DNA of 64,000 bases from Felis catus (lineage: Eukaryota). The notes under the pieces are model-generated. The model did no database searches. It was not told the DNA's origin and saw only the letters and a list, made by a program, of their open reading frames with translations. Positions 23,401 to 49,800 of the stretch are shown here, piece by piece (the stretch's first letter is position 1; each line of letters begins with the position of its first letter). A program made the translations under genes and the position numbers. The stretch lies in assembly GCF_018350175.1 (NCBI RefSeq), contig NC_058372.1, positions 30,752,001-30,816,000 of the forward strand, written 5' to 3'.

Positions 23401-25347
23401 CTTCTTTTTACTCCTATCTCTCTGGAGACAGAAGGAGCTTCAAGAGCAGGGGGAGATCAGAATCATCCAGCTAGGCTTTGACNNNNNNNNNNNNNNNNNN
23501 NNNNNNNNNNNNNNNNNNNNNNNNNNNNNNNNNNNNNNNNNNNNNNNNNNNNNNNNNNNNNNNNNNNNNNNNNNNNNNNNNNNNNNNNNNNNNNNNNNNN
23601 NNNNNNNNNNNNNNNNNNNNNNNNNNNNNNNNGGAAATTGGAGAGTGGAAACAAAAAGAAAAAGAGACAATTCTACTCCATATCTCACAGAGAGGGCACA
23701 GGGTTCTGGTAATAAGAAGGAGAGGAAAAGGAGGAAAAGTATGAGAAGTAGAAAGATGAGCGAAAGAGAAAACAGGAAGAGTAATGTCCTGGAGGTGGAG
23801 GTCCGTGGCCGAGGGTGGAGCCACACCACATCTCCCATCTCTGGTTCCAGGTCCTCAAGGCCTGTGATGGCCGACCATATGCTGGGGCAGTGCAGAAGTT
23901 TCTGGCTTCAGTGCTTCCAGCCTGTGGGGATCTTAGCTTCCAGCAGGACCAAATGACACAGACCTTCGGCTTCAGGGACCCAGAGATCACGTGAGACTTG
24001 GGGCATCAACAGAATCAGGCATCTGACATTTCTCTGCCTCCCTCTGATCCCATCCTTTTCCTTCTGGTGCACCTACCAAAAAAAGGACTCTTATTTTTAG
24101 TATAATGCCCTAAATTTGTACTCCCCCAAGAGAGGAGGCCTATCCTACCTGGGGCCTTGAACTAAAATTCAGGCGATCTGGGTGGCTAATCCAATGAATT
24201 TAGAGACCTGGCAGGCACCATAAATGCCTATTGTGGATCTTGCTGAAACTAAGAGAATGAAGAAATGGTAGGAGCTTAGATGCCCCTAAAGCTTTCACAT
24301 TAAAAAACAATGACCGGGCAAGGGTGAAGTAAAAATACCATTTCAGGGGGCCTTATCTGGCTCAGGCTCCCTATTTTGCAACCCATGGTACATGTGAAAG
24401 CATTTTATAAACCTTTTAGTAAGATGGAGCCGTGTTGAGGCATGTGTAGGCAGGGGCAGGAGCACAGAAGAAAGGCCCTCATTTCTCCCTGGGGGTTGGA
24501 CTGAGAGTGTGTCAGGGCATGTGGTCAAGGAGGGCTTCTGCGAGGAGAAGCTGCTTTAGTGAACAAGTAATACAGAAGAAGAAAGTCGGGGGCGGGGGCA
24601 ATCCAGGTAAGGGGAGTGGAGGCAAGGGCACGGGGCACTGAACGGCAGGGTGTGGGCAGAGGAGCACTCCAGAGTGGGCTTCTGTTATCTAGTCCCCTTG
24701 CAGGGTTGCCCACGTTTTTGTGGAGACTTAGTGTCCAAACATCAGTGGGCAGGGAGATGGTTTTCATAGCTGAGGCCTCCTCCTGGCTTCCCACCCTTCT
24801 TAGGCAGCTGGTGAATGCTGGAGTCCTCACTGTCCGAGATGCTGGGAGTTGGTGGCTAGCTGTGCCTGGAGCTGGGAGATTCATCAAATATTTTGTTAAA
24901 GGTAATCCATTCTCAGCTCAAGCCCTCAGTCCCTCAAGAACAGCTTTCAGTGGCTCCTCAGGGCCCAAGCCTTACTCACTTTTCCCCTCTCCTTTGCCAC
25001 TTCTCCAGGGCGCCAGGCTGTCCTCGGCATGGTCCGGAAGGCCAAGTACAGAGAGCTACTCCTATCAGAGCTCTTGGGCCGGCGGGCGCCTGCAGCGGTG
25101 CGACTTGGCCTCACCTACCACGTGCATGATCTCATTGGGGCCCAGCTGGTGGACTGGTGAGTCTACCCCCAGCTTCCGGTAGATGACAGAGCAATGGCCC
25201 AAGGTCGGATTCCCTTCTGGGACCAGCCCAGACCAAGTTCTGAGTTTTCCCCAGACTGTTGGCCTGAGTATCTGGTTCCAGCCCTGTCTTTTCTTTTACA
25301 GTGTCTCCACCACTTCTGGAACTCTCCTCCGCCTGCCAGAGACGTGA
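19923..25347 (+). CDS. STK19: STK19/RP1 (winged-helix repair factor WHR1), short-isoform type; exon 3 partly masked
   Basis: Exons 19923-20022, 20154-20290, 23432-(gap 23483-23632), 23851-23990, 24804-24901, 25009-25156, 25302-25347. Peptides MSRKRHRLVP, LFPRGLFEDALPPI, KELQEQGEIRIIQLGFD, VLKACDGRPYAGAVQKF, LVNAGVLTVRDAGSWWLAVPGAGRF, VSTTSGTLLRLPET*. AATAAA at 25710-25715. Confidence 0.96.
21309..21505. mobile_element. MER5-like hAT DNA transposon remnant
   Basis: CAGTGTTTCTCAAAGT...TGTATCAGAATCACCT...ACCTACATTTTT resembles MER5 consensus fragments. Confidence 0.55.
21850..23070 (-). mobile_element. Old degraded LINE-1 fragments in STK19 intron 2
   Basis: Long T-rich stretch with L1M-like antisense phrases (AATTTTATTGAGACTTG, TTTGAAGAGAATATG, TTTTCTTGATCAGTCT). 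Confidence 0.55.
23483..23632. other. Assembly gap or masked bases (150 N)
   Basis: N run starting inside STK19 exon 3. Confidence 0.99.
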
Positions 25348-26199
25348 GGATTCTGCTCATCATTGCATACCTCCCTGGAGTGGGATGAGAGGGATCCAGG
25401 AGTACTGTCCAGTGGTGCCTGAGACAGGGTCACCTTGGGAGCCAGGATGGGTGTTGAGTTTGCATCCGCACAAAGGGTCAGATGTGACTGCTGCTATTTA
25501 CCTGGGCTCTGACCCAGTGGTGGGGTTTGGGCAATGGTTCTCTGCCCTTCTGTGGAAGTGGAGCCAGAAACCATGCCAAGGCCATGGCTGTTGCCTTTTA
25601 TGCAGCAAAGTATTGCTGTTACTCTCTTGGGATAGGAAAATGGAATTTCTGGGGAGCCTGATAAGGGAGGGCAGAGTTCTCTTTTCTTACATGTTGGGTT
25701 AACACTGCAAATAAAGTACTTCTCTGCCTGTGCTATTTCTTGGATGTCTTTTGTTTAATGTGATGTATATTTGGGCGCCTTGTTTGGGGGTAGAGTTCAA
25801 GCCAAATTTGGGCCTGAGCTTTGCCTCATTGTTCAGAGAAATAAGTACATTAAGGTCGGTTCTCCCTGTAGGGTGGTGAAGGTATGCCCGATCTCCTAAA
25901 CCACAGAATTTCTGTTAAGGCCTACACAAAGCAAAGGCCTGGTGTCATTCAGGTTTTGTGGGGGTTGTGGTATGAGAGAAGTGTCTTGTGCCCCCTCGTG
26001 CTGAGCCACATTGGTCTCTACTCTGCCCATGCCTACTGGACCATCTCTATATATACATGTATGCAGATATATGCAGTAGGGGGGCTGCCCAGGGCTCTGG
26101 GGTGAGAGGGGTTAACAGGGAAGGACAATATGTAACTCCAAGCCAGGATTTCCTCAGATTCTCTCAGAGACCCAGGTGCCCAGGGTGTGTGCCCTGCCC

Positions 26200-26371
26200 C
26201 CTCCAAATACTGGGCCTAGGGCCAGTTGCATTTCTTGCCTGTCACATGGTTTCCCAGCTTAGTTTGGCCAGGGGAGGAGCAAGGTCCAGAGTCAAATCTG
26301 CTCCAAGCTCTGGGCTGACTAGAAAGGAGCAGGCAGACAGACGGGTCTCATCTCTCTTGGATCTTCCAGCC
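26200..26371 (+). promoter_or_regulatory. C4 proximal promoter (TATA-less)
   Basis: E-box GTCACATGG at 26241, NF1-like TTGGC, and GGGGAGGAG box just upstream of the C4 ATG; layout resembles the human C4 promoter as I recall it. Confidence 0.55.
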
Positions 26372-41093
<14,722 letters not shown>

Positions 41094-43859
41094 GGGCTGC
41101 CCTCCCATCTCCCCCAGGAGGAGCCTGAGCCAGGGAAAGGTGATGCCTGGATTGTTGCTGTGCCCGGACCCCTGGACGTGGTCCCTGGGAAGGACCAGGG
41201 ACTCAATAAAGGTCTTTGGCGGCAAAGTGTCAATGTGTGTCTCCAGGACTGACTGCAGTGCCCCCCCCTCCAGGGGGGGCCAGGCCAGGATTTGCATGGT
41301 CTTAGGCTGTCAGAGCCTGGATGACCCTTGGGGTATCCAGCTCTCCCTGAACACTCCCAGATGACACCCTGCGAGCTCAATCCATCATAGGACCACCCCG
41401 AGTAGACTTGTGACCCATCAGCCTGCACAGGATCCAGCACCACACCGAGGCCTCTCTTCTGCTGTGCCTGTGGGGCGCTCCACTGTCCCGCTGTAGCCAG
41501 TCACTGTGGCCTCACGCAGGGCTTGTGCTCAGCTTAACACCTCAGCCCTTCTGCCTTATGAATGGCTGTCTGGCCACATGTTTCCCGCTCTGCCCTTGTG
41601 CAGTTGGGAGTTCTGGGGTTTCCCGCTTTTGGCTGACATCTGGTCTCTTGAAAGCCTGTTGATGTTTGGTCTTGTTACCAGTGGCATTAGGTAACTTTCC
41701 CAGTGTTATGCATGTCAGTACACTAAGGAGACTGCTCTTTTACTGGATGAACCCTTCTCACCTGCCTGCCTAGCTGCCCCCTGTGTGGGGGCACCCCTTG
41801 GGTCTTCAGGGCCGACCTAGAAATCCTTCTAGAGAAATCTGCCGAGATCAGTTTTGATGGAAGCTGAGTCTGTTCAGCAGCCTGCCATTCAATCGTCCAA
41901 CAGCAATTTGTGGGCCTCTCACTCCCTGCCACACCTTCCTTGTGCCAGGTCCCCATCCCCTGTGAAGTGTGTGATGCCCGGGAGCTGAATGGTCCCAAGT
42001 GGCACACAGTTGGGGCATCTGACCCGATCTGGGAGAAGTGAAGAGGGACAGGCTTCCCGGAGGAAGTGACATGTAAGTTGGGTTCCGAAGGCTGAGGAGT
42101 CAGGCAAAGAGACTGGGGGTGCACGAGGGGCATTTGAGGCAGACGGAAGAGAATATAAAAGGCCCAGAGGCCAGGGGCAGGACTGGGCACAACTGGGGGC
42201 ACTGCATGTAATCCGTTATGTCTGAAGCTTGGATTTGGAGGTGGGGGCTGGTGGAGGGATGGGGCTGGCAACAATGCCATTGGTAACAAGATCAAGCGTC
42301 AACAGGCTTTCAAGATACCAGATCTCAAGTCAGTTTGTGAAGGTTTGTTCACAATCATGCCAGCTTTCCAGGTCACTGTTCTTTTGAATGGAGTCCCCTC
42401 CTATTCCATGCAACTTTGAGACGTTCTGGCCTTCTTTGGGATTTCAGAGGCTTCCTAGGGCTCTTGTCTCCATGGCCCTGTAGTTGCCCATCAGATCTCT
42501 CTTCCCAAACTAGTCAGCATGGGTGGCATAAACCCACTTATGAGAGCCAGGGATTCAGCTGCAGTTGTGGCAAAATGCAGCCTGGGTCCAGGAGGTCGAC
42601 TAGGAGGAAGGGAGCAGCTATTACTGCCTGCCCAACCCTAGGAATCCCACCCCTGCCTTCTGCCTCCCGGTCCTGGGCATGGGTCCAGGCTGAGCCTGAG
42701 CCTCTTCCACCAGGACTTCCTGCAGTTACCTCTTTAAGCTGGCGGGTGGCACAGCCAGTGTCTCTACTCAGGGTCTCCAGCCACATAGCCTGTGCTCTGA
42801 GTAAAGCTCGAGGGGAGAAGGTCTAATGAGTCCTGGGTGCTGGGATCAGTTTACAGAGCCAGGGATGGGGAGTTGGGGGATGGTCTGGGCCTTAGGTCAC
42901 CTCTCACCCCACCCCCACCCCAGGCAGCCTTGACGTCTCGGCACTGTCACCCCTTCGATATGCTCTCTCCCCCAAGCCCCTCCTTTGAGCCCCTCAACTG
43001 CCTCCTCACTCAAAGAAGGTGGTTCCTGATTGCTCTGCCAGGTCCCCACCCCCTATGGCAACAGCTTCCAGGAGAGGGCTGGACCCATGATCCCAGCTGT
43101 GGCTATCTGGTTCCTTCCTGGGGACTTTGGCATCTATGGGGGGCACGTTCAGTCATACCAGGAACCCTCCCTCGCCCTGGGGCTGGACCTATAACCTGTG
43201 GCCTCTGACCCTGAAGGCAGCCCCATTCTGCCTGTACCTGGGGTCACACACAGCTGGACCACAGAGAGACACCAGAGGGTGGGCGGCAGACAAGGAGGAG
43301 GGAGGAGCGACAAGTGAGGAGCTGGCCCCTCTCTTCAGCTTTTCCTTCCCCTGTCCCTGTCCTTCCAAGGCCAGTGAGGTCCCCTCTCCTGCTCTTCATT
43401 CAGTTCTCTGAGATACCACTGTGTTTGGAGAATAATTCTTATTTTTGGCTCAAGCCAGCTCTAGTTGGTCTCTCTTCCTTGCGACCAAAGAGTATATCAA
43501 GTACATAGCAAGAGCTCCAAATTGGGGGACCACATAATTCTTCATCGTCTTCAACTTTTGAGGCTGAAATACGGCACAGTGAATAATTACACTGGGACGA
43601 CCCAGGCAAAGCAGGCCGCGTGGCCACCCCATCTGAAAGTTAAAAACACGCAGACCACTTTCAACTCATTTTGTTCCTCAGGCGATCCTGGACAGCATAT
43701 AGGTAGGGACGGCCATTGTCTCCCCGAGACAAAGTCCGTGGCAGTAACGTGGTCCAGGGTGGGGTGGTGGTGGGCTCAGGCCAGACGAGAGGGCTCAGGC
43801 CAGAGAGTGACTACGTGTTTCTGCCTGGTTGACCTGCAGCCAGAAAACTGATTCCAGCC

Positions 43860-44109
43860 GTGGGAGAAAAGGTCAGGGTTGCATTTCCCTTCCTTTCTTC
43901 TTGATGGATGAGAAGCTTGCTCTTTAAAATGTGGACTCTCCAAGGCCAGGTCGACTGGTGTCTTGCCAAGACTGTGTGGGCGGGACAGTGGGCAGGGACC
44001 CGAGGGAAGGAGACCAAGGAAGCCCCAGAAGAGCCCGAGCAGTGAGGTGGATGAAGGGCCTCAAAAGCTATAAGTGGCCGCGCCAGGGCCTGTGCCTGGG
44101 TCTCTGGCC
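43860..44109 (+). promoter_or_regulatory. CYP21A2 proximal promoter
   Basis: NBRE AAAGGTCA at 43868-43875, SF-1 site CCAAGGCCA at 43940-43948, GC box near 43978, TATAA at 44069-44073. Confidence 0.8.
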
Positions 44110-46609
44110 ATGCTACTCCTTGGGCTGCTGCTGCTGACCGCACTGGCCGGCGCCCGCCTGCTGTGGAACAAGTGGAAGTACAGGAGCCTCCACCTCCCAC
44201 CTCTTGCCCCCGGCTTCCTACACCTGCTGCAGCCCGACCTTCCCATCTATCTGCTTGGTCTGACTCAGAAACTGGGCCCTGTCTATAGGCTCCGCCTCGG
44301 GCTGCAAGGTGAGTCTGCTTCCTCCCTGGCCCCACCACGGTGGGGAGGTAGGGGCCTCTCCCTGCTGACATCTTGCTTTGGCTGTCCCCCAGATGTGGTG
44401 GTGCTGAACTCTAAGAGGACCATTGAGGAGGCCCTGATCAGGAGATGGGTAGACTTTGCTGGCAGACCCCAGATGCCCTCCTGTAAGCATCGGGGCATTT
44501 CTTGAGGGAAGTACCAGGCTGGGGGAGGCAGGAAAGGTCAGGCCTGTGGCTTCCTTGGTCAGTTCGACCCCTCCCCTACTCGCAGATAAGCTGGTATCTC
44601 AGCACTACCAGGACCTCTCACTAGGGGACTATTCCCTGCTCTGGAAGGCTCACAAGAAACTCACCCGCTCGGCCCTGCTGCTGGGCATCCGCAACTCCAT
44701 GGAGCCACTGGTGGAGCAGCTGACCCAGGAGTTCTGTGAGGTGAGGCTGGACTCCCACAGGCACCCCGGGTCAGCTTCACTTCTCCCTGCAGCTCCGTGG
44801 CCCGTTTAGTTCCCGCTCCTTCTCCACAGCGCATGAGAGCCCAGGCCGGCACCCCTGTGGCCATCCAGAAGGAGTTCTCTTTCCTCACCTGCAGTGTCAT
44901 CTGTTGCCTCACCTTCGGAGACAAGGTAAAGGCTCTCTTGCTCTCACCTATGTGCCTGGGCCCTTCCTTAGCCCCTCCCTGGTCCTCTCTGGTCCTGAAC
45001 TGAAAGAATTGCCCCCGCCCCCCCTTTTTTTTTGGCAGGAGGACACCTTAGTACATGCCTTTCACGACAGTGTCGAAGATTTGATGAAAAGCTGGGAGCA
45101 CTGGTCCATCCAAGTTTTGGACATAGTTCCCTTTCTCAGGGTGAGGAGGTGGAGCCCAGACTCCCTGGTCCTGGGAGGAAGGGCTGGGAGAGCAGGCTCC
45201 CTTGCCAGCAGCACTCTCTTGCTCCCTGCCCCAGTTCTTCCCCAACCCAGGCCTCCGGAGGCTGAAGCAGGCCTTGGAGAACAGGGACCGCATTGTAGAG
45301 AAGCAGCTGAGGCAGCACAAGGTGGGAACGCTGTGTGGACCCGGCTGCCCCCTAGCCCGCAGCCAGGGATACCACTGCCCCAGAGCGAGGCGTCCCACCA
45401 GTCCTGGACCCGTTGCCCCCCTGAGACTCCTCTCCCCAAGCCAGGCACTCAGGCCGGTTTGCCTTCCCCCCCACAGGACAGCATGGTGGCAGGCCAGTGG
45501 AGGGACATGACCGACTACATGCTCCAAGGGATGGGGAAGCCAAAAGTGGAAAAGGGCCATGGACGGCTCCTTGAAGGACACGTGCATATGTCTGTGGTGG
45601 ACCTTTTCATTGGTGGCACTGAGACCACGGCGACCACCCTCTCCTGGGCTGTGGCGTTCTTGCTTCACCACCCTGAGGTGCACCCTGGGGGCAGTCCGGC
45701 CGGGGCCACAGGAACTCAGCCCCCGGGGCGCCCACGCAGACTCTGTTCACCCAGGGGGCGGTTTCTCCTAGCTGGCAGGAAGGTTCCACTGGGTTGCTTC
45801 AGGGAGCGGCCGGAGCCTGGGAGGCCGGGCGGCTGTGGGTCAGCTAGCACAAGGTTCTGGCCCCAGACACCAGGCTTGCTCCCATTTCTCAGATTCAGCA
45901 GCGACTGCAGGAGGAGCTGGACTGTGAACTGGGCCCTGGGGCTTCAGGCTCCCGAGTCCCGCTCAAAGACCCTTCACGGCTGCCCTTGCTCACCGCCACC
46001 ATCGCTGAAGTGCTGCGCCTGCGGCCTGTTGTGCCCCTGGCCCTGCCTCACCGCACCACGCGGCATAGCAGGTGACTTCCGAGAGCTGAGGATGCATGGG
46101 ATGGAAAGGGGGAAATCGTGGCGGGTCTCTAACTCCACCCTCTCCTCAGCATCTTAGGCTACGACATCCCCGAGGGCACGGTTGTCATCCCCAACCTGCA
46201 AGGCGCCCACTTGGACGACACAGTCTGGGAGCAGCCACATGAGTTCCGGCCGGGTGTGTGGCGGGGAGGTCGCCCGTGGCGTGGGGGTGGCAGAGGCTAG
46301 TCCCGGCGGCTACCGAACCCTGGGTCTGTCCTTCTGCCCACAGATCGTTTCCTGGTCCCAGGCGCCAGCCCGAGAGTGCTGGCCTTTGGCTGCGGAGCGC
46401 GAGTGTGCCTGGGCGAGCCGCTGGCACGCCTTGAGCTCTTTGTGGTGCTGGCGCGGCTGCTCCACGCCTTCACGCTGCTGCCCCCCACGGGCCCGCTGCC
46501 CTCTCTGCGACCCAGGTCCCACTGTGGCATCAACCTCACAATGCAGCCTTTCCAGGTGCGGCTGCAGCCCCGGGGAGCAGTGGCCCCGGGGCCGAGCCAG
46601 CACCAGTGA
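44110..46609 (+). CDS. CYP21A2: Steroid 21-hydroxylase (cytochrome P450 21), 10 exons, intact
   Basis: Exons 44110-44308, 44393-44482, 44586-44740, 44830-44925, 45039-45140, 45235-45321, 45477-45677, 45893-46071, 46150-46253, 46344-46609. N-terminal MLLLGLLLL anchor, [10 protein letters not shown]-helix IGGTETT, EVLR (ExxR), heme motif [16 protein letters not shown] at 47118-47123. Confidence 0.98.
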
Positions 46610-46650
46610 CAGGGCAGGATGCACGCTGGACACATGCCTCAGTTTCTCCT

Positions 46651-46656
46651 TTTATT
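46651..46656 (-). terminator. TNXB polyadenylation signal inside the CYP21A2 3' UTR
   Basis: TTTATT on the + strand (AATAAA on -), about 170 nt past the TNXB stop. Confidence 0.8.
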
Positions 46657-46827
46657 ACTCCCGTACAAACCCCTTCCCTCCCCCCCTGTAAACATGGTGC
46701 TGTGAGATCGCTGACGGAGAAGGCTCCCTCCGGTGGCTGGAGAGTGAAGGTGGCCCCTGGCTCTTCTCTCAGCGCGACCCCTCAGTGCTCGGCAGTCATA
46801 CTGGGGCGCCGGAGAGGTGAGCAGTGG

Positions 46828-49800
46828 TCAGCCTTCCCGGGCCGCTGGGGGCCGGTAGCTTCTTGGTCTCAGCTTCATTTCCGTGAAGGGTACAGAGAAC
46901 TCGAAGCCTTTCCAGTAGTACCAGCTCACCCCCTGGGCGAGGAGTTGTTGAGACGGAGTCAAAGGCAGACATCCCATTGGCTGCCACCACCCCCTTCTCC
47001 CCCCGCCCCTCCGGGGAGATGGTTCCCAGAAGTCAATCGCCCTTCCTCTCCCCCACCCGCTTCAGTGATCCTCAACCGCAAAGACTGAGGCTTAATCTGG
47101 GCTGGCCCTTCACACCCAATAAAGCGTGCTCATTTCCCCCTTCAGATAACTTGGTGAGATTGGCATCATTCTTCCATTTCACAGATGAGGGCCCTGAGGC
47201 GCCAAGCGGCTCGGTAACTTGTCCTGCCACACCCCAGCAGGTTGGGCCCCAACCCACTCCCCGCTCTGGGCTGCCTCCCAGGACCCTCACCTGGTGGTCC
47301 ACTGTGCTCCCATAGAGCCCGTTGAGGTTGGCATAGTGGCAGTTCCTGTACCACCAGGCGCCGCGGTACGAGACGGCGCAGGAGATGAGCAAGTTGTTGG
47401 GGTCTCGATCACGGGCAGAAAAGACACTGCCGCTGTGGTAGCTCATGGAGTCCCCTGCACAGGTGTAGAAGGAGCAGTGAGGGCCTCCCCTCCCCCTGCC
47501 CCACCTTCCGCGGCCCCCAGGCCCACCCCTCACCTGCTGTGCCATGGTAGCCCTCCAGATGGAGGCGGTAGTACTCGGGAGCAGAGTCTACTCGGAAAGA
47601 GTCGTACTGCGCAAACACGGCCTCGTCCCCAGCCCGCAGGTCCACGCGCATGGAGTAGTCGCCGGCTTTTGTCAAGCTGTGCAGGGCCTCGTTGCCTGGG
47701 GGTAAGGGAGAGTGCTCTCATCAGGGTTCTGGTGCCCACAGGGCCTCCACCCCTTCCCCGGTCCCCAATCCCTATGAGGCACTGACCCAGCCAGAACTCC
47801 CCAGAGATGTTCCCAAAGCCATGGGCATAGTCCTCCCAGTCCCTCCAGAAGTCAGTCTGTCCGTCCATGCGGCGCTGGAACACCTGGGAAGCAGGGAAGC
47901 AGGTGGAGGCACCGTCAGCCTACGGCTCCTGACTCAGCAGCCCCCGCCCCGTGCAGAGCCTCGGGGGCCCGTCTGCCACCCACCAGCCAGCCGCCCCCGT
48001 CGGTCTCCATGTCACAAAACACATTCAGGGGCCGCTCGCGGTTGCCATTGAGGAAGATGGTGGTGGCCCTTGAGGTGCTGGCTCCGTTCTGCATCTCTTC
48101 CCCACAGTCCCGAGGGAAGGGAATCCGGAGTCCACCTGAGAAGAGGAGAATGAGGGGCCGAGTCCTCTTCCCAAACCCTAGACCCCTGCTGCCTGCTCAG
48201 CCCCTGACCTTAGGTCCCAGTGCCCAAATACCGGTGGTGAAGGAGGTGGACACGGGCGGTGTGAGGCTCTCGCCCCACATAGCTCGGAGCCACACGCTGT
48301 ACGGAGTGGAGGGAAAGAGGCCCAGGAGCTGGTGAGAGGTGACCCCTCCTGGGAGCAGGATCTCCTGTGGGACACACAGGGAGCAGGTCAGGGGAGAGGG
48401 AGGTGGAGCCCCACTGGGAGAAGCAGAGGAGGGGGCAGTACCTCCTAGAGGGGGGCCCGGGAGGGGAGTCGGCCAGTGAGGGAGGGGTGGGGGCACCTGG
48501 GTCTGTCCACCAGGGGTGTTGAAACTGAGCAGGTAGCTAGTCGGCGGGACTTGGGGCTCAGTCCAAGTGAGCAGGGCCGTGCGGGGGGTCACTTCCTTGG
48601 CCTCCAAGTCTTGGGGCGCCTCCAACCCTGGGAGGGGAAGGTGGGAACAGAAGATGGAGACGAGGCCCATCCTAGCTCCCCTGGACCTTCCCTCCCCCTG
48701 TCACGCACACCTCACAGGCCGTACCTGTGGTGAAGGTGATGCTGGCCGGGGAGGTGAAGTTGGGGCCCCGAAGACCCCGTACCGTCGCCGTGTAGTTGGT
48801 GTGGAGCACAAGGCCACCCAGAGGGTAGTCCACAGCACTGCCAGGGGTTGAGCCCTGCAGTGGGGGGGCTGGGAGTGGGGGTGAGCATCAGCATCTGTCC
48901 CCTTCGTGCCCTGCCAGAGCCCCTCTCCCCACCCTCAGCGAGTCTTCTCCAGAGGCCTCAGCCTCGCTCACCCCCTGGGGCTGTGACACGGACGTCATAT
49001 GTGTCCACAGGGGTCTGGGGGGGCTGCCAGTGCAGCAGAGCGGATCCCTCCGTCAAGTTCAGTGCACGAAGCTGGGTGGGGCCGTCAGGAACTGGGAGAA
49101 GGGAGGGGGCTCAGAGCTGTCCCCTGCTCCTCTCCCCACCCCTCACCTTCCCAAGCTCTGCTGGCCTCACCCCCTTTTCCCTCCCCCTTCATTCTCCCCC
49201 TACCTCCCGCCCGGGTCTCAGTCCATCCTACCTGTGGTGAGGAAGCCTGTGAGTGGCTCGCTCTCCTCAAAGCCACGGACGGAGACCACCGTCACCTCGT
49301 AGTGAGAGCCTGGGATCAGCTCCTTGAGTTTCTGGGTCCGGGCTCGGCCATCCACCTGCACGCTCTGTGGCTCCCCTGCAAACATGTCGGGCTTGGATGT
49401 TTGCCCAGGGAATCAAGGAAGGGCTGCAGGGTTGTTAGAGTGCAGGGAGCAGGAGAAATGAGGGCAGGTGAGGACATGGCAAAAGGGTGTCACCTCCGTC
49501 TGCCAGCTGGTAGGAAACTTTGAAACTGTCCACTCTGGATGGTGGAGGCGTCCAGCTGACCAGGGCCGAAGTTTCCCTGATTTCGCTGAATTGAAGGTCA
49601 CGGGGGCTTTCCAGAACTGAGGGGGGTGGGTGCCAAGGAGTGGCAGTGAGGGCACGGGGCAGGGGGCCTCTGGCCCCAGGATCCGCACCCCTTCTTCCAA
49701 GGCCCCAGTGGCTCCAGACTTGCTCACCACCACCCCTTTCCTCTAGATCTAGAAGAGGAAGTCTCTGTAGATTCCTCCAAGCCTTCCACCACTCACTGAC

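Noticed and set aside
44904-46157. 417-aa ORF, the longest in the track
   Set aside because: Read-through of CYP21 exons and introns in GC-rich DNA; only the exon 5 and exon 7 parts are real coding sequence.
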